Positions 1 through 10,184 of a stretch of DNA of 64,000 bases are shown here, piece after piece. The translations under genes were made by a program, and so were the position numbers. The notes beneath the pieces were generated by a model that saw nothing but the letters and a program-made list of their open reading frames with translations, was not told where the DNA came from and made no database searches. The stretch spans positions 110,087 through 174,086 of the forward strand of contig JAURAC010000002.1 in NCBI GenBank assembly GCA_030586555.1, written 5' to 3'. The DNA is from Candidatus Subterrananammoxibius californiae. Lineage in GTDB: Bacteria; Planctomycetota; Brocadiia; Brocadiales; Subterrananammoxibiaceae. The number at the start of each line of letters is the position of its first letter. Within the stretch, counting starts at the first letter, position 1.

Positions 1-1141
1 TGTACTTCTTTCGGTATGCCTTGCTTTGCATGCGGCAGGTGGGGTATCGTTTGTTAAAATCGGGGTGCGATGTCATCTTGTGCCATATCGCCTGTATGGG
101 CATTTGCCTGACATTGCCAAAATTGATGGGGTTAAAGTCGCAGGGGTTAATATCGCCGTAAGCAGTCATATAAAATTGTGATTGCGCCCCGTAACAGCCA
201 ACCCCGAGTGGTGAGTTGATAAGCGCCATGGCGTTAACGCCCATTGGATGGTCCATCTCGTAGTACTTCTTTGAGAGGGCAATTAACTGCCGTCTATCAT
301 CCGGGCTAAGTATCTTGGATGTGTCTTTAAGATACCTTCCAGAGGGGATGCAGTCGAATATTGTGACCTCGTGGAATCCTTCTCTTTGAGCTATTTGCAG
401 GAGCTTTTCGACCTGACCAGACCGGAGGCTTTCCCTGCTTGCATACGTAGAGATGCCTGTTAAAATGCCAGCCTCTCTTGCCCTTGCGGCGCCGTCAAAC
501 GCCTTCTGATAGCAGCCTGGGACTGCCCTGAATTTGTTGTGCAGTTCAGGCTCGCTGCTATCAATGGAGATGTTCAATGTTGCAAGACCAGCCTTCGCAA
601 GCCTTTTAACGTTTGCATCCGTCAAGAGGAGTCCGTTTGTAAATATCATAGCGATGGCTTTAGATTTGTCCACATGCTCAATGAGTTCTGGCAGGTCGTC
701 CCGCAGGAGCGGCTCACCGCCAACATAGATTATAAGGCTTGCACCCAGTTCCAATGCACCGTCAACAACGGTTTTAATTTCCTCCGTGGTCAGTTCCTCT
801 CTTGTAGGGTCAACAAATGGGTCGGCACTACAGTGGATGCAACGGCACTGGCATTTATGGGTGATTGCAATATTTGCCGTGACAGGATATGCCCGCTTGT
901 GAAGCATCATCTTTACGCTTCTAACGAGGAATCTCATGCCAGCCTCGGTTGGATGAGGTGGGTTATAAAGATTATATACATGCGCCCCATTTACCTTTGC
1001 GATTACCTTGAGGGAATTAAGCTTGTTGAAGAATTTATCAACGAAAGGCTGTAACAATTCACCTAATGAACCGCCAGCCTTTCCAATAATCTCTCCGTTT
1101 TCTATCTTAGCATCAATGTGTAAAAAATCGAATTGGCTCAT
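1..1141 (-). CDS. Radical SAM protein with SPASM/twitch domain (3'-truncated by window edge; absent from the ORF track)
   Basis: Manual translation from ATG at 1141 (MSQFDFLHIDAK...), overlapping the upstream stop as ATGA; CxxxCxxC motif CQCRCIHC; SPASM-like GCYGAQSQFYMTAYGDINPC. Confidence 0.85.
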   Translation of the reverse strand, partial: MSQFDFLHIDAKIENGEIIGKAGGSLGELLQPFVDKFFNKLNSLKVIAKVNGAHVYNLYNPPHPTEAGMRFLVRSVKMMLHKRAYPVTANIAITHKCQCRCIHCSADPFVDPTREELTTEEIKTVVDGALELGASLIIYVGGEPLLRDDLPELIEHVDKSKAIAMIFTNGLLLTDANVKRLAKAGLATLNISIDSSEPELHNKFRAVPGCYQKAFDGAARAREAGILTGISTYASRESLRSGQVEKLLQIAQREGFHEVTIFDCIPSGRYLKDTSKILSPDDRRQLIALSKKYYEMDHPMGVNAMALINSPLGVGCYGAQSQFYMTAYGDINPCDFNPINFGNVRQMPIQAIWHKMTSHPDFNKRYPTCRMQSKAYRKKY

Positions 1142-2160
1142 TTCTTTTCTCCCCTAACTGCTTTCAGGGTTTTCTCAATTTCGTTTGTAATATATGTAGC
1201 CACTTCAAGTGTCATCATTCCATCCTCTCCGGAGACAAGTGGTTTTTTGCCATCTTGAATGCATTCAACGAAGGATTCCAATTCCTTCTGCAAAGGCTCA
1301 TAATTATCCATGGTTAATCTTTCTATATGCAGAAGACCTCCAAAATCAAAATTCTTAAGGTCTGCGATTGATGAAAAGTCCGTCTCCTTAATATTTAATG
1401 ATTCAAGAGTAAGGTGCGGAGATTTCTTAAATATTAACGCTTCGCGCTTCTGGTAGTCAAGGGAAATATATGCATCTTCTGAAAAGATGCGTATCTTGCG
1501 CATGGGCGTGAGCGCCACGCGGCTCGCTGTGATGTTTGCAACGCATCCGTTCTCAAAAAGGATGCGCGCATTGGCAATATCCTCCTTTTCAGAAATCATA
1601 TTTATTCCAAAGGCATCAATTTTCTTTACCTTCGAGTTGGCTAAATGCAGGATAATATCAATATCGTGAACCATCAAGTCAAACACTGCTCCTATATCAG
1701 CTGAACGAAAGGTAAAGGGACGAAGTCTGTGGCATTCAATAAACCTTGGTGTTATGGGGTATTTCTGTATTGCCATAATTGCTGGATTAAAGCGTTCAAT
1801 ATAACCAACCTGCAAGACTGCATTATGGCTTTTGCTTATTTCAACAAGTTCTTTTGCCTCTGTTAGCGTAGAGGACATTGGTTTTTCTACAAGCACATGA
1901 ATATCCCTCTGGAGGAAGTCCTTAGCAATCTGCCAATGCAAACGTGTAGGCACGGCAATACTAACGGCATCCACACTATCCATTACTTCCTTATAGTCCG
2001 TAAAGAACCGTGTATGGCAGTCCCTGGAGACCGTTTCTCCCTGAACCTTGTTGGTATCCACAACCGCCACAAGTTCCACATTCGGCATACCTGCATACAC
2101 GCGGGCATGTTCCTTGCCGAGATGTCCGACGCCAATGACCGCAACCCTCAGTTTACTCAT
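1138..2160 (-). CDS. Gfo/Idh/MocA oxidoreductase, probably GnnA-like UDP-GlcNAc 3-dehydrogenase
   Basis: GVGHLG Rossmann motif, EKP motif, DLMVHD; directly downstream of lpxA. Confidence 0.8.
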   Translation of the reverse strand: MSKLRVAVIGVGHLGKEHARVYAGMPNVELVAVVDTNKVQGETVSRDCHTRFFTDYKEVMDSVDAVSIAVPTRLHWQIAKDFLQRDIHVLVEKPMSSTLTEAKELVEISKSHNAVLQVGYIERFNPAIMAIQKYPITPRFIECHRLRPFTFRSADIGAVFDLMVHDIDIILHLANSKVKKIDAFGINMISEKEDIANARILFENGCVANITASRVALTPMRKIRIFSEDAYISLDYQKREALIFKKSPHLTLESLNIKETDFSSIADLKNFDFGGLLHIERLTMDNYEPLQKELESFVECIQDGKKPLVSGEDGMMTLEVATYITNEIEKTLKAVRGEKK

Positions 2161-2192
2161 GTCGAAAACCTATTACTTCTTTTGAAAAGAAG

Positions 2193-2222
2193 CACGGACA
2201 AACAAGTTTGTCCATGCCACCC
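2193..2222. repeat. Palindromic repeat CACGGACAAAC...GTTTGTCCRTGCCACCC (second copy 33637..33682)
   Basis: Same arms occur at two loci. Confidence 0.7.
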
Positions 2223-2253
2223 GTTCAAATTAATTTTTGATTTTGGATTTAAG

Positions 2254-3057
2254 TCATATTCTACGGAGTGATTCCCTGAAACGTCCGAACCTTCCTTTAT
2301 CAACATTCCGCAGGAAAGTTATCAGATACTGAACCTCTGGTAAAATGTCATCTTCAGCCTCAAGCTCATCCAAAACCTTACTGCGATTCAGGATTTCGGG
2401 TCTAAATATTCTACGAAAGGCATCTTCTAATGCATCTATCCGTTCTTTAGAAAAGCCGCCCCTTTCCAACCCAATCACGTTAACCTGCCGTACCTTTGCC
2501 GGATTGCCCTCGACAATCATATAGGGAGGAACGTCTTGAACAATCCTCGCAAGGCCACCTACATAGGCATACTGGCCAATAGTAACAAATGGCTGGATGC
2601 CAACGAGGCCCATAAGTTTGGCGTTCTTTTCAATCTTTATATGACCGCCGAGAAGCGTCCCATTTGTTAACAGCACATTATCTTCTATAATACAATCATG
2701 TGCAACGTGGCAACAAGCCATTAAGAAATTACCATTGCCAATGACCGTTTCCCCACCGCCGAATTCTGTACCTGTATTTATAGTAACGCACTCACGAATA
2801 ACATTGTTGTCCCCTATGATAAGCCTTGTTTGCTCCCCGTGATATTTTAAGTCCTGAGGTTCTGACCCCACGACGGCATTGGGAAATATTACATTATCTT
2901 TCCCAATGATGGTGTTACCATTTACAGTGACATTGTTTTTTATGACGGTTCCATCACCGATTTTTACATGCTCATCAATAACAGAAAAAGGACCAACCTC
3001 AACGTCACTGCCCAACTCGGCATGTGGATGAACGCAAGCGTACTTATGTATTTTCAT
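2254..3057 (-). CDS. lpxA: UDP-N-acetylglucosamine O-acyltransferase
   Basis: Hexapeptide repeats, PQDLKY, HVAHDC. Confidence 0.97.
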   Translation of the reverse strand: MKIHKYACVHPHAELGSDVEVGPFSVIDEHVKIGDGTVIKNNVTVNGNTIIGKDNVIFPNAVVGSEPQDLKYHGEQTRLIIGDNNVIRECVTINTGTEFGGGETVIGNGNFLMACCHVAHDCIIEDNVLLTNGTLLGGHIKIEKNAKLMGLVGIQPFVTIGQYAYVGGLARIVQDVPPYMIVEGNPAKVRQVNVIGLERGGFSKERIDALEDAFRRIFRPEILNRSKVLDELEAEDDILPEVQYLITFLRNVDKGRFGRFRESLRRI

Positions 3058-3926
3058 TGTGCCACTTCGGCTATCTTTTTTGCCATCAAGGCGTTCAGGG
3101 CATGACCCGATTTGAATGCAATGATATGGCCACGTAAAGTAACACTTGTCAGATAAAGGTCTCCGATAAGGTCAAGAACCTTGTGTCTGATACATTCGTC
3201 TGGGAACCTCAAATGGGCAGGAGTCATGCTAAGCGGCTTGGTAATCCTACCATCTTCATGCACAACAAGGCTGTTATCATCTGTAACGCCCTTCCCAAGC
3301 CCGAGTTTTCTAAACTCTTCAATATATTTGCTAAGAATAAATGTCCTGGCTGGAGCGATTTCTTCCATGAAGTTTACCTCGTCTAATTCGATATTGTAAC
3401 ATTGATTATGCAGGAAAGCCCCGTCAAAATCGAGTACGTATGATAATAAAAATCCCTTATCATAAGGTAAGGCGCTAATGCTTGTATCGCCTTTCTTTAC
3501 AGTTATCGGATGAACCACCGCAAAGATTTTTTTTGGTTCATTTTGTTCTAATGTTCCGGCATCTTTAATCAATTCGGTAAATATTCTGGAACTGCCGTCT
3601 CCCGCTGGTATCTCGCATCCATCGAGTTCTATTGAGAGATTATCTATCCCCATGCCAGCCAGTGCAGCCATTAAATGCTCGACGCACTGAACTTCAGCCC
3701 CGTTCTTTTTCAACAGGATACGACGTGAGAGGTCTGAAAGGAACCCTACAGATGCCGGTATTGTTGGGCGGTTTGGAAGGTCGGTACGAATAAATTTTAT
3801 ACCAGTATTCGCTGCATCTGGATTTAAACGTAGACTAACACTTTCGCCAGTAAAGAGGCCCTTCCCGGAAAATTTAACAACCTTCTTGATTGTTCTTTGA
3901 GGGTCAATCAAGCTATTTTTCCTCAA
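3054..3926 (-). CDS. lpxC: UDP-3-O-acyl-GlcNAc deacetylase
   Basis: QRTI, VEHLMAAL, APARTF, RHKVLDLIGDL, SGH. Confidence 0.97.
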   Translation of the reverse strand: MRKNSLIDPQRTIKKVVKFSGKGLFTGESVSLRLNPDAANTGIKFIRTDLPNRPTIPASVGFLSDLSRRILLKKNGAEVQCVEHLMAALAGMGIDNLSIELDGCEIPAGDGSSRIFTELIKDAGTLEQNEPKKIFAVVHPITVKKGDTSISALPYDKGFLLSYVLDFDGAFLHNQCYNIELDEVNFMEEIAPARTFILSKYIEEFRKLGLGKGVTDDNSLVVHEDGRITKPLSMTPAHLRFPDECIRHKVLDLIGDLYLTSVTLRGHIIAFKSGHALNALMAKKIAEVAQ

Positions 3927-4536
3927 TCTGTTTAGAATGGCGGCTATTCAGAGCCTCTATCACTTTATCGGTTACATCAAGAGCGTCGGAATAGTACAAC
4001 ACCGTGCCTATGCCAATCTTCAACCGCAATTCCAAAATATCGGCGCTTTTTAATTCAAGGTCTTCTTTTTTAAGGATGATATCAAAACTCTCTTTTTTAC
4101 CAAGATTATCAATTTCTTTGCATACGTCCTGATAAAGCTCCTCAAAAATTTCTTTTTCCTTTCTGCTCAAGTTAGTTTCTGCCATCTTTTCTTCGAGCTG
4201 GTAGTATAACATCTTTTTTTCAAGTGTTTCTTCATTTTTCCTTCTGCTTTCGCTTCCCATATCGAGGAGTTGTACTTCTTCCCGCAGGCTTTTAATCTCG
4301 CCCTGTTTTTGCCTTAATTGCTGTTCGGTTTGTGTCTTTGCGGCCATAAACTGCTTTTCAAGTTCTTTTCGTTTTTCGTACTTATCAAGAACCCGATTGA
4401 TATTTACCACCCCTATCTTTTGTTGTGAGGTTTCCTCAGGAACATCCTTTGCAAAAGAAACACTTGAGGACAAGATACCTGCCGATAATACAAGAAAAAA
4501 ATATTTAATAAATTTTACACACCCCTTTTTTTTCAA
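3913..4536 (-). CDS. skp: OmpH/Skp periplasmic chaperone
   Basis: Signal peptide, KIGVVN, coiled coil, DVTDKVI; follows bamA. Confidence 0.9.
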   Translation of the reverse strand: MKKKGCVKFIKYFFLVLSAGILSSSVSFAKDVPEETSQQKIGVVNINRVLDKYEKRKELEKQFMAAKTQTEQQLRQKQGEIKSLREEVQLLDMGSESRRKNEETLEKKMLYYQLEEKMAETNLSRKEKEIFEELYQDVCKEIDNLGKKESFDIILKKEDLELKSADILELRLKIGIGTVLYYSDALDVTDKVIEALNSRHSKQIEEK

Positions 4537-4576
4537 AACAATATTCTCCTTCCCTAATTAAGAATTAAGAAAATTT

Positions 4577-6958
4577 CTAAAACGTAGTTCCGCTTCCCAT
4601 GTTGAAGCTGAGCGCCTGTGTATCATCACCCGGCTCTTTCATAAACGGGATACCATAATCCACTGCAATAACTGCTCGACCGAAGAACGGAATTACTATC
4701 CTGAAACCAAAACCAGCAGAGGCACGCATATTTGTAAGATTGAGGTCGCTTATTTCCTCGTCTGCTTTTCCGGTATCTACGAAGGTTACTACACGAAATA
4801 TATCCTTATAAATGGGAATACTATACTCTGCTGACCCAAGTAAGAGTACGTTACCGCCTACTTGCTCATTATCTTCTATAGGGGAAACGCCTCTAAAACC
4901 AAACCCTCGTATAGACCCATAACCTCCAGCGAAGTATCGTTCGAATATAGGAACGTCTTTAGACGGTGGTTCTGTACCTTGTACGCCAGTTGACTCTACA
5001 ATACCAATAGTGCTGGAGATGGTTAAAATATGTTTACCCCAGTCAGGAAAATCAAAGACCGTAAAATACTTGCTTCCATAGATAGTTGACCTGGCTATGT
5101 TTACATCCATAGCAGTTGCTTCGAATGAAGCGCCAACTTCATACCCCTTAGTTGGCAAATAATAATTGTCTCTTTTATCGTATGTAAACCTTAGTTCGAG
5201 ACCCAGCCTGTTAAATTCACCCTCCGCACTTTTAACGGTAAAAGGCGCATCATCGGCAACGTTTGTTATTTTCATTAATTCGTAGCCAGGGGTGATTTTC
5301 AGCGTTAAATCCTTAAAAATCTCCTTTCCAACAGTAACCCTTCCACCCTTCCTGTCTTCATCGTAGCTTTCCCTGACCCTTTTATAAAGAAAGAAGTTTA
5401 ACCCGAAGTTGTAAGTAGAATCAAATACGGCGGGGTTAAAGAAGGAAAATACAGCCTCCTGCCTGAATACACCGGGACTAAACCTTAGTGTCACTACATG
5501 ACCTGCACCACGAAATGCATTACCTGAAATAAAGTCATGGAAATTTTTTGGGAAATCGAGGACATCAAAATTTCTATCGGAATATGAAATATCACCAAAT
5601 GGTCCTACGTTTGCCCCGTACCCGCCGCCAAACCTTAAAAGCCCCGTTTGTCCTTCCTTGACATCAAGCAGAATGTCAACATTATCCGGTCTTGGCCCAG
5701 ACTCAAAGCTGATACTCGTAGGCTCTCCTGACTGCACATCAAAGAAACCTGTGTTTAAAAGCCTTCGGTGTGCGTCACGAATTCGTTCAGTATCTATTCG
5801 GTCGCCAGGATAGAAATTCAACTCACGTCTTATTACGTTATCCTTTGTCCTATCATTCCCTGATATTTTTATCTTATTAATATAAAATCTGTCATTTTCC
5901 ACTATATCATAGGTAATGTCTACTTTAGCCTTCTCAGGGGTAAAGAATCGTTTCGGCTCGACGTTTGCCTTTAAGAAACCCTGCCCGCCATAGAGGAATT
6001 TAATCTGCCTGGTGTCATCTTCGAACTTTTCCTTTAAGAACGGGTCGCCTTCTTTTAATTTCAAAAGTACTCTCAATTCACTACGTGAAAAGATTGTATT
6101 GCCCTTTATTGTAATAATGTCAACATAGTACCTTTCCCCTTCATCTATGTGAAATGTAATAGTTATCTCTGTTTTATCTGCGCTATATTTTACTTCACCT
6201 CTTACAGCGGTATCCAGCCACCCCTCTTTGTTATAGTATTCCTTGAGTTTGTCAATATCGCTTTCAAATTCTTTACTTTTAAATTTTCCTGGAAAGAGTA
6301 TAGAAGGAAACCGCCTTGCGCGTGACTTTATCTGTTTTTTGAGTTTTTTGCTCTTAACGGATTTATTACCATCAAATACTATCTTTGCGATACGGACCTT
6401 AGAACCTTCATTAATGACAAATGTAACTACTGCGTCACCATCGGTAATCTTAACATCGCTTTTAATCTCGGCAAAATGATACCCCTTTTCGACATAAAGA
6501 TTCTTAAGCTTGGCTTCATCCAGCTTTAAGAGATAATACTTTAAATATTCCTTTTCTTTCAGTTCTATTGCACCTTTAAGTTTTTTCTTTGATAGCTTTT
6601 TGTTGCCCTGGAATACTATTTCTTTAATTACTGCTCGTTCGGTTAAAAGGAAGATGAGTTTTAAGCCATCTTCAAAGTCTTCTAATTTTACCTCAATATT
6701 ATCGAAAAACCCCATTGCCCAGATTGCATCCACATCCTGGCTTACTATCTCCGGGCTATATACATCGCCTTCTTTAACCCTTGTAGCAGCCTTAATAGCG
6801 GCGGTGCTAATCCTCTTATTACCCCTGACCTCTATCTTTCGTATAATCTTGCCTTCTACTCCTTGAACATAAAGTGGCACATAGCAGATTATCGATAGGG
6901 CCATGATAAGAGTAACAACTAAGCACCACTTCTGAAGGAGTACGTGGCGTACCTTCAT
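4577..6958 (-). CDS. bamA: Outer membrane protein assembly factor BamA
   Basis: POTRA repeats (I.V.GN), IRGF motif, C-terminal barrel. Confidence 0.95.
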   Translation of the reverse strand: MKVRHVLLQKWCLVVTLIMALSIICYVPLYVQGVEGKIIRKIEVRGNKRISTAAIKAATRVKEGDVYSPEIVSQDVDAIWAMGFFDNIEVKLEDFEDGLKLIFLLTERAVIKEIVFQGNKKLSKKKLKGAIELKEKEYLKYYLLKLDEAKLKNLYVEKGYHFAEIKSDVKITDGDAVVTFVINEGSKVRIAKIVFDGNKSVKSKKLKKQIKSRARRFPSILFPGKFKSKEFESDIDKLKEYYNKEGWLDTAVRGEVKYSADKTEITITFHIDEGERYYVDIITIKGNTIFSRSELRVLLKLKEGDPFLKEKFEDDTRQIKFLYGGQGFLKANVEPKRFFTPEKAKVDITYDIVENDRFYINKIKISGNDRTKDNVIRRELNFYPGDRIDTERIRDAHRRLLNTGFFDVQSGEPTSISFESGPRPDNVDILLDVKEGQTGLLRFGGGYGANVGPFGDISYSDRNFDVLDFPKNFHDFISGNAFRGAGHVVTLRFSPGVFRQEAVFSFFNPAVFDSTYNFGLNFFLYKRVRESYDEDRKGGRVTVGKEIFKDLTLKITPGYELMKITNVADDAPFTVKSAEGEFNRLGLELRFTYDKRDNYYLPTKGYEVGASFEATAMDVNIARSTIYGSKYFTVFDFPDWGKHILTISSTIGIVESTGVQGTEPPSKDVPIFERYFAGGYGSIRGFGFRGVSPIEDNEQVGGNVLLLGSAEYSIPIYKDIFRVVTFVDTGKADEEISDLNLTNMRASAGFGFRIVIPFFGRAVIAVDYGIPFMKEPGDDTQALSFNMGSGTTF

Positions 6959-6961
6959 TGA

Positions 6962-8305
6962 TTACCCTGGGTAGGCAAGACTCTCAAAACGCATGAACTC
7001 TTTTAAAAAGGTAAGTTTCACAGTACCAGTAGGACCATTCCTCTGCTTGGCAATAATAATTTCTGAAACACCGGGATTTTTCGCAGGTTTTTCCTCGGTG
7101 GCGTAATATTCCTCTCTGAATAGTAGCATGATTACATCCGCATCCTGCTCTATAGAGCCCGATTCGCGCAAATCAGACATCCTTGGTTTGTTGTCCTCTC
7201 TCGATTCTACAGCCCTGTTCAGTTGCGAGACGGCTATTATCGGTATCCCAAGTTCCCTGGCAAGAGACTTTAGACCGCGTGAAATAACAGAAATCTCTTG
7301 CTGCCTGTTTTCAGCTCTCGGGGCTTCCATAAGCTGCATATAATCAACAACTATAAACTGAATATCATGGCGGGACTTTAGCCTTCTTGCCTTTGCCTTC
7401 AACTCAAGGATGGAGAGCCCGGGAGTATCATCTATGTATATTTCTCCTTCTGAAAGCGTACCCATTGCAAGCGAAAGCTGGCTCCACTCATGGTCTTTAA
7501 GGAAACCCCTTCGCAAACTATGTGCATTAATCCTTGCACATGAGCAAAGCATATTTTGCGCTATCTGATTTGAAGACATTTCTAAGGAAAATAGCACAAC
7601 AGGTTTGTTTTCTACAATGCCAATGTGTTGCAAAATGTTTAAGGCAAGACTTGTTTTACCCATACTCGGTCTGCCAGCCACAATTATTAATTCTGATGGC
7701 TGCAGCCCGCATGTCATATCATCAAGGTCTGCATAACCAGTAGATAGACCGGTAAGCCTGCCCTTCTTATCGTGATATTTTTCTATCTGATCAAAGACTG
7801 GTTTGAGAATTTCACTCAGTTCGGTTGAGGGGGCAGAGATTTTTCTCTTGCCAACTTCAAAAACCAAACTTTCTGCCTTATCGAGTAATGTATCAGAATC
7901 GTACGCTTCTTCGTAAGAGTCTTTTTGTATCTTTACGGCCGCATCAATCAAGCTTCTTTTTACAGCCTTTTCCTGAACAATCCGCGCATAGTATTCTATA
8001 TTTGCAGCAGTGGGTACGGATTCCTCCAAATCCAATAAATACTCTATACCGCCAACCTTCTCCAGCAGTGAGCGCTTATTAAGCTCTTCTTTCAAAATGA
8101 CCGGATCAACCGCCCTGTTTCTATCATAAAGGTCAACAATCGTTTGAAAGAGCTCCTGATGTGCCGTCTTGTAGAAACTATCCCTGGAGAGCATTTGCAC
8201 TGCAAGATTAACCGTGTCATTATCGAGTAACATTGAACCAAGCACACCAACCTCAGCATCAATATTTTGTGGTGGTGTTCGTTCTAATAATAGCTCAGCA
8301 CTCAT
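6962..8305 (-). CDS. dnaB: Replicative DNA helicase
   Basis: GRPSMGKT, FSLEM, SQLNR, DLRESGSIEQDAD. Confidence 0.98.
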   Translation of the reverse strand: MSAELLLERTPPQNIDAEVGVLGSMLLDNDTVNLAVQMLSRDSFYKTAHQELFQTIVDLYDRNRAVDPVILKEELNKRSLLEKVGGIEYLLDLEESVPTAANIEYYARIVQEKAVKRSLIDAAVKIQKDSYEEAYDSDTLLDKAESLVFEVGKRKISAPSTELSEILKPVFDQIEKYHDKKGRLTGLSTGYADLDDMTCGLQPSELIIVAGRPSMGKTSLALNILQHIGIVENKPVVLFSLEMSSNQIAQNMLCSCARINAHSLRRGFLKDHEWSQLSLAMGTLSEGEIYIDDTPGLSILELKAKARRLKSRHDIQFIVVDYMQLMEAPRAENRQQEISVISRGLKSLARELGIPIIAVSQLNRAVESREDNKPRMSDLRESGSIEQDADVIMLLFREEYYATEEKPAKNPGVSEIIIAKQRNGPTGTVKLTFLKEFMRFESLAYPG

Positions 8306-8325
8306 GTCCCAACCTCCATCATTTT

Positions 8326-8385
8326 AGTTCATAGTTCATAGTTAATAGCCATAAGCTATCAGCTACGAGCCATGAGCTACGAGCT
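8326..8385. repeat. Heptamer array (TAGTTCA/AGCTACG type), partly inverted
   Basis: agttcat agttcat agttaat agccat...agctacg agccatg agctacg; similar array at 22577..22612. Confidence 0.65.
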
Positions 8386-8853
8386 TTTTATCTCCGTGCC
8401 AGCCTCCTCACTTTCCCTTATAACCCAAACCTTGCATTGGGTTTGTATTTCGGGATGAAGACTGATTGGCACATTATAAACATCGCATTGCTTGATAGGG
8501 CTTTCAAGCAAAATCATTTCTTTTTCGATAGGATAGCCCTCTTTTTTAAGCATTTCAACAATCTGTTCTGCCGTTACTGAGCCAAATAGCCTTCCTTCTT
8601 CATTCGCCTTTGCATTTATCGTGATAGAACATTCCGAAAGCTTCTCGGCAACCGCTTGGAGTTTTTCCTTTTCTTCTTTTACTTTTGTTTCATATTTTTT
8701 CTTTGCAATATCTATCTGTTTTAAATTTGTTGGGTTAACCGTTGTTGCAAACCCTCTCGGCAATAGATAATTTCTTGCATACCCCTCAGCTACATTTACA
8801 ACCTCACCCATTCTACCAAGTTTTATAACATCCTTCTTTAGTAAAACATCCAT
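8377..8853 (-). CDS. rplI: 50S ribosomal protein L9
   Basis: GYARNYLLP, GRLFGSVT; likely start MDVLL. Confidence 0.97.
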   Translation of the reverse strand: MDVLLKKDVIKLGRMGEVVNVAEGYARNYLLPRGFATTVNPTNLKQIDIAKKKYETKVKEEKEKLQAVAEKLSECSITINAKANEEGRLFGSVTAEQIVEMLKKEGYPIEKEMILLESPIKQCDVYNVPISLHPEIQTQCKVWVIRESEEAGTEIKSS

Positions 8854-8873
8854 AAATAGCACCTTCCCTCCGA

Positions 8874-8903
8874 GTAGAGACGAGAGCGCACTTGCGTCTC
8901 TAC
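8874..8903. repeat. GTAG-type REP palindrome
   Basis: GTAGAGACG...CGTCTCTAC, same family as the REPs at the RAYT. Confidence 0.75.
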
Positions 8904-8909
8904 GTAGTA

Positions 8910-9170
8910 TTACCCCACATAAGGCATTAAAGCCATAAATCTTGCCCTTTTTATTGCAATCTTAGCGAAGCGCTGATGGGTAGCGCAATTCCCGGAACGC
9001 TTTCTTGAGAATAGCTTACCCTGACCACTGGTAAGCTTTTGTAGATTTAGGATGTCTTTGTAGTCAATACCTTTCATAGTCATCTTGCAAAAGCGGCACT
9101 TTCGTACCTCTGTGTACCTTTTCTTCGCAGTAATTTGTTTCTTCTTCTTCTTACCAAATAACTTCTTCAT
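8910..9170 (-). CDS. rpsR: 30S ribosomal protein S18 (Zn-ribbon form)
   Basis: CRFC, IDYKD, CATHQR, AIKRAR. Confidence 0.96.
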   Translation of the reverse strand: MKKLFGKKKKKQITAKKRYTEVRKCRFCKMTMKGIDYKDILNLQKLTSGQGKLFSRKRSGNCATHQRFAKIAIKRARFMALMPYVG

Positions 9171-9201
9171 GAAATACGCTCCGTTCTACATAATATTTTT
9201 A

Positions 9202-9642
9202 TCAAAATGGGATTTCGTCATCACTAACATCTTCCCTCACGACCTCTGGACCGGCTTCGACAGGTGCTATATCGCCCTGAGGGACTGCCTGCCGTTCTGA
9301 CGAAGCCTTCACCCTGTCGCCTACAAACTGAAAGTCTTCGACCACTACACTTAACTTGTTCTGTTTTTGACCGTCTTTCGTTTCCCACTGACGAAACTGC
9401 AATCTCCCCTCAATAAAGATTGGTTTGCCCTTACTAAAATATTTATTTATCACCTCAGCCCGCTTGCCAAAGATACTTACATCTACGAAACATGTTTCTT
9501 TCTTTTGCTCACCTTCGGGGCTATTCCATACTCTATTGACTGCAATTCCAAAACTTGCCACTGCCGCCCCATTAGGGGTATAACGCAGTTCAGGGTCTCT
9601 GGTAAGATTACCCATTAAAAAAACCTTATTTAGGTTTCCCAT
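9202..9642 (-). CDS. ssb: Single-stranded DNA-binding protein
   Basis: NKVFLMGNLTRDPE, C-terminal DDEIPF. Confidence 0.98.
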   Translation of the reverse strand: MGNLNKVFLMGNLTRDPELRYTPNGAAVASFGIAVNRVWNSPEGEQKKETCFVDVSIFGKRAEVINKYFSKGKPIFIEGRLQFRQWETKDGQKQNKLSVVVEDFQFVGDRVKASSERQAVPQGDIAPVEAGPEVVREDVSDDEIPF

Positions 9643-9670
9643 ATATTAACCCTTGATTGCAGCAAAAGAT

Positions 9671-10087
9671 TTAAGAGATTTCTTCTATTTCAACTTCTTC
9701 TAACCCTTCAAAAACAGTGGAAGGACCCTTTGTCTCGCTTTTTACGGTAGTTTCTTCTACTACCTCAGGGCGAAGAACTTCTAATCCAAGGTCCCTGATT
9801 ATCAAACTCCGCAATATAGTCTCTGATAGCAAGCAGTCCTGCTTTATGGGCGTAATTGCACCAGTGGGAGCGTTGAAACGAATAAGGAGATATGTACCCC
9901 GCTTTTGTCCCTTAATTTTATAAGCAAGCTTTCTTTCTCCCCACTTTTCGGTAGAAACAACCTCCGCATTGTGTTTTTGTAATATTTCATGCACCTGCTT
10001 AATGACCGCATCCCAGTCTTTGTTAGCATAAGTATTATCTATTAGAAACATGCCTTCGTATTTTCTCGTAATATGTGGCGCAACCAC
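9671..10087 (-). CDS. rpsF: 30S ribosomal protein S6
   Basis: YEGMF, WGERKLAYKI. Confidence 0.96.
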   Translation of the reverse strand: MVAPHITRKYEGMFLIDNTYANKDWDAVIKQVHEILQKHNAEVVSTEKWGERKLAYKIKGQKRGTYLLIRFNAPTGAITPIKQDCLLSETILRSLIIRDLGLEVLRPEVVEETTVKSETKGPSTVFEGLEEVEIEEIS

Positions 10088-10094
10088 TCTCTTT

Positions 10095-10180
10095 TCTTCC
10101 TCCTATCTATTTGGGAAATCTTGATAGCAAAAGCAAGTCAACCATACCAAAGGCGTGTGTGCATGCACTCGCTTTTGCCT
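10095..10180 (-). promoter_or_regulatory. Structured 5' leader of rpsF (candidate S6:S18 autoregulatory RNA)
   Basis: 13-bp stem 10126-10138/10167-10179 plus a second hairpin abutting the GGAGGA SD. Confidence 0.4.
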
Positions 10181-10184
10181 TCTC

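Noticed and set aside
534..1054. Plus-strand ORFs 534..728 and 539..1054, and the many other antisense ORFs in the track (e.g. 35283..35588, 12505..12975)
   Set aside because: Shadows of well-supported opposite-strand genes with no recognisable motifs
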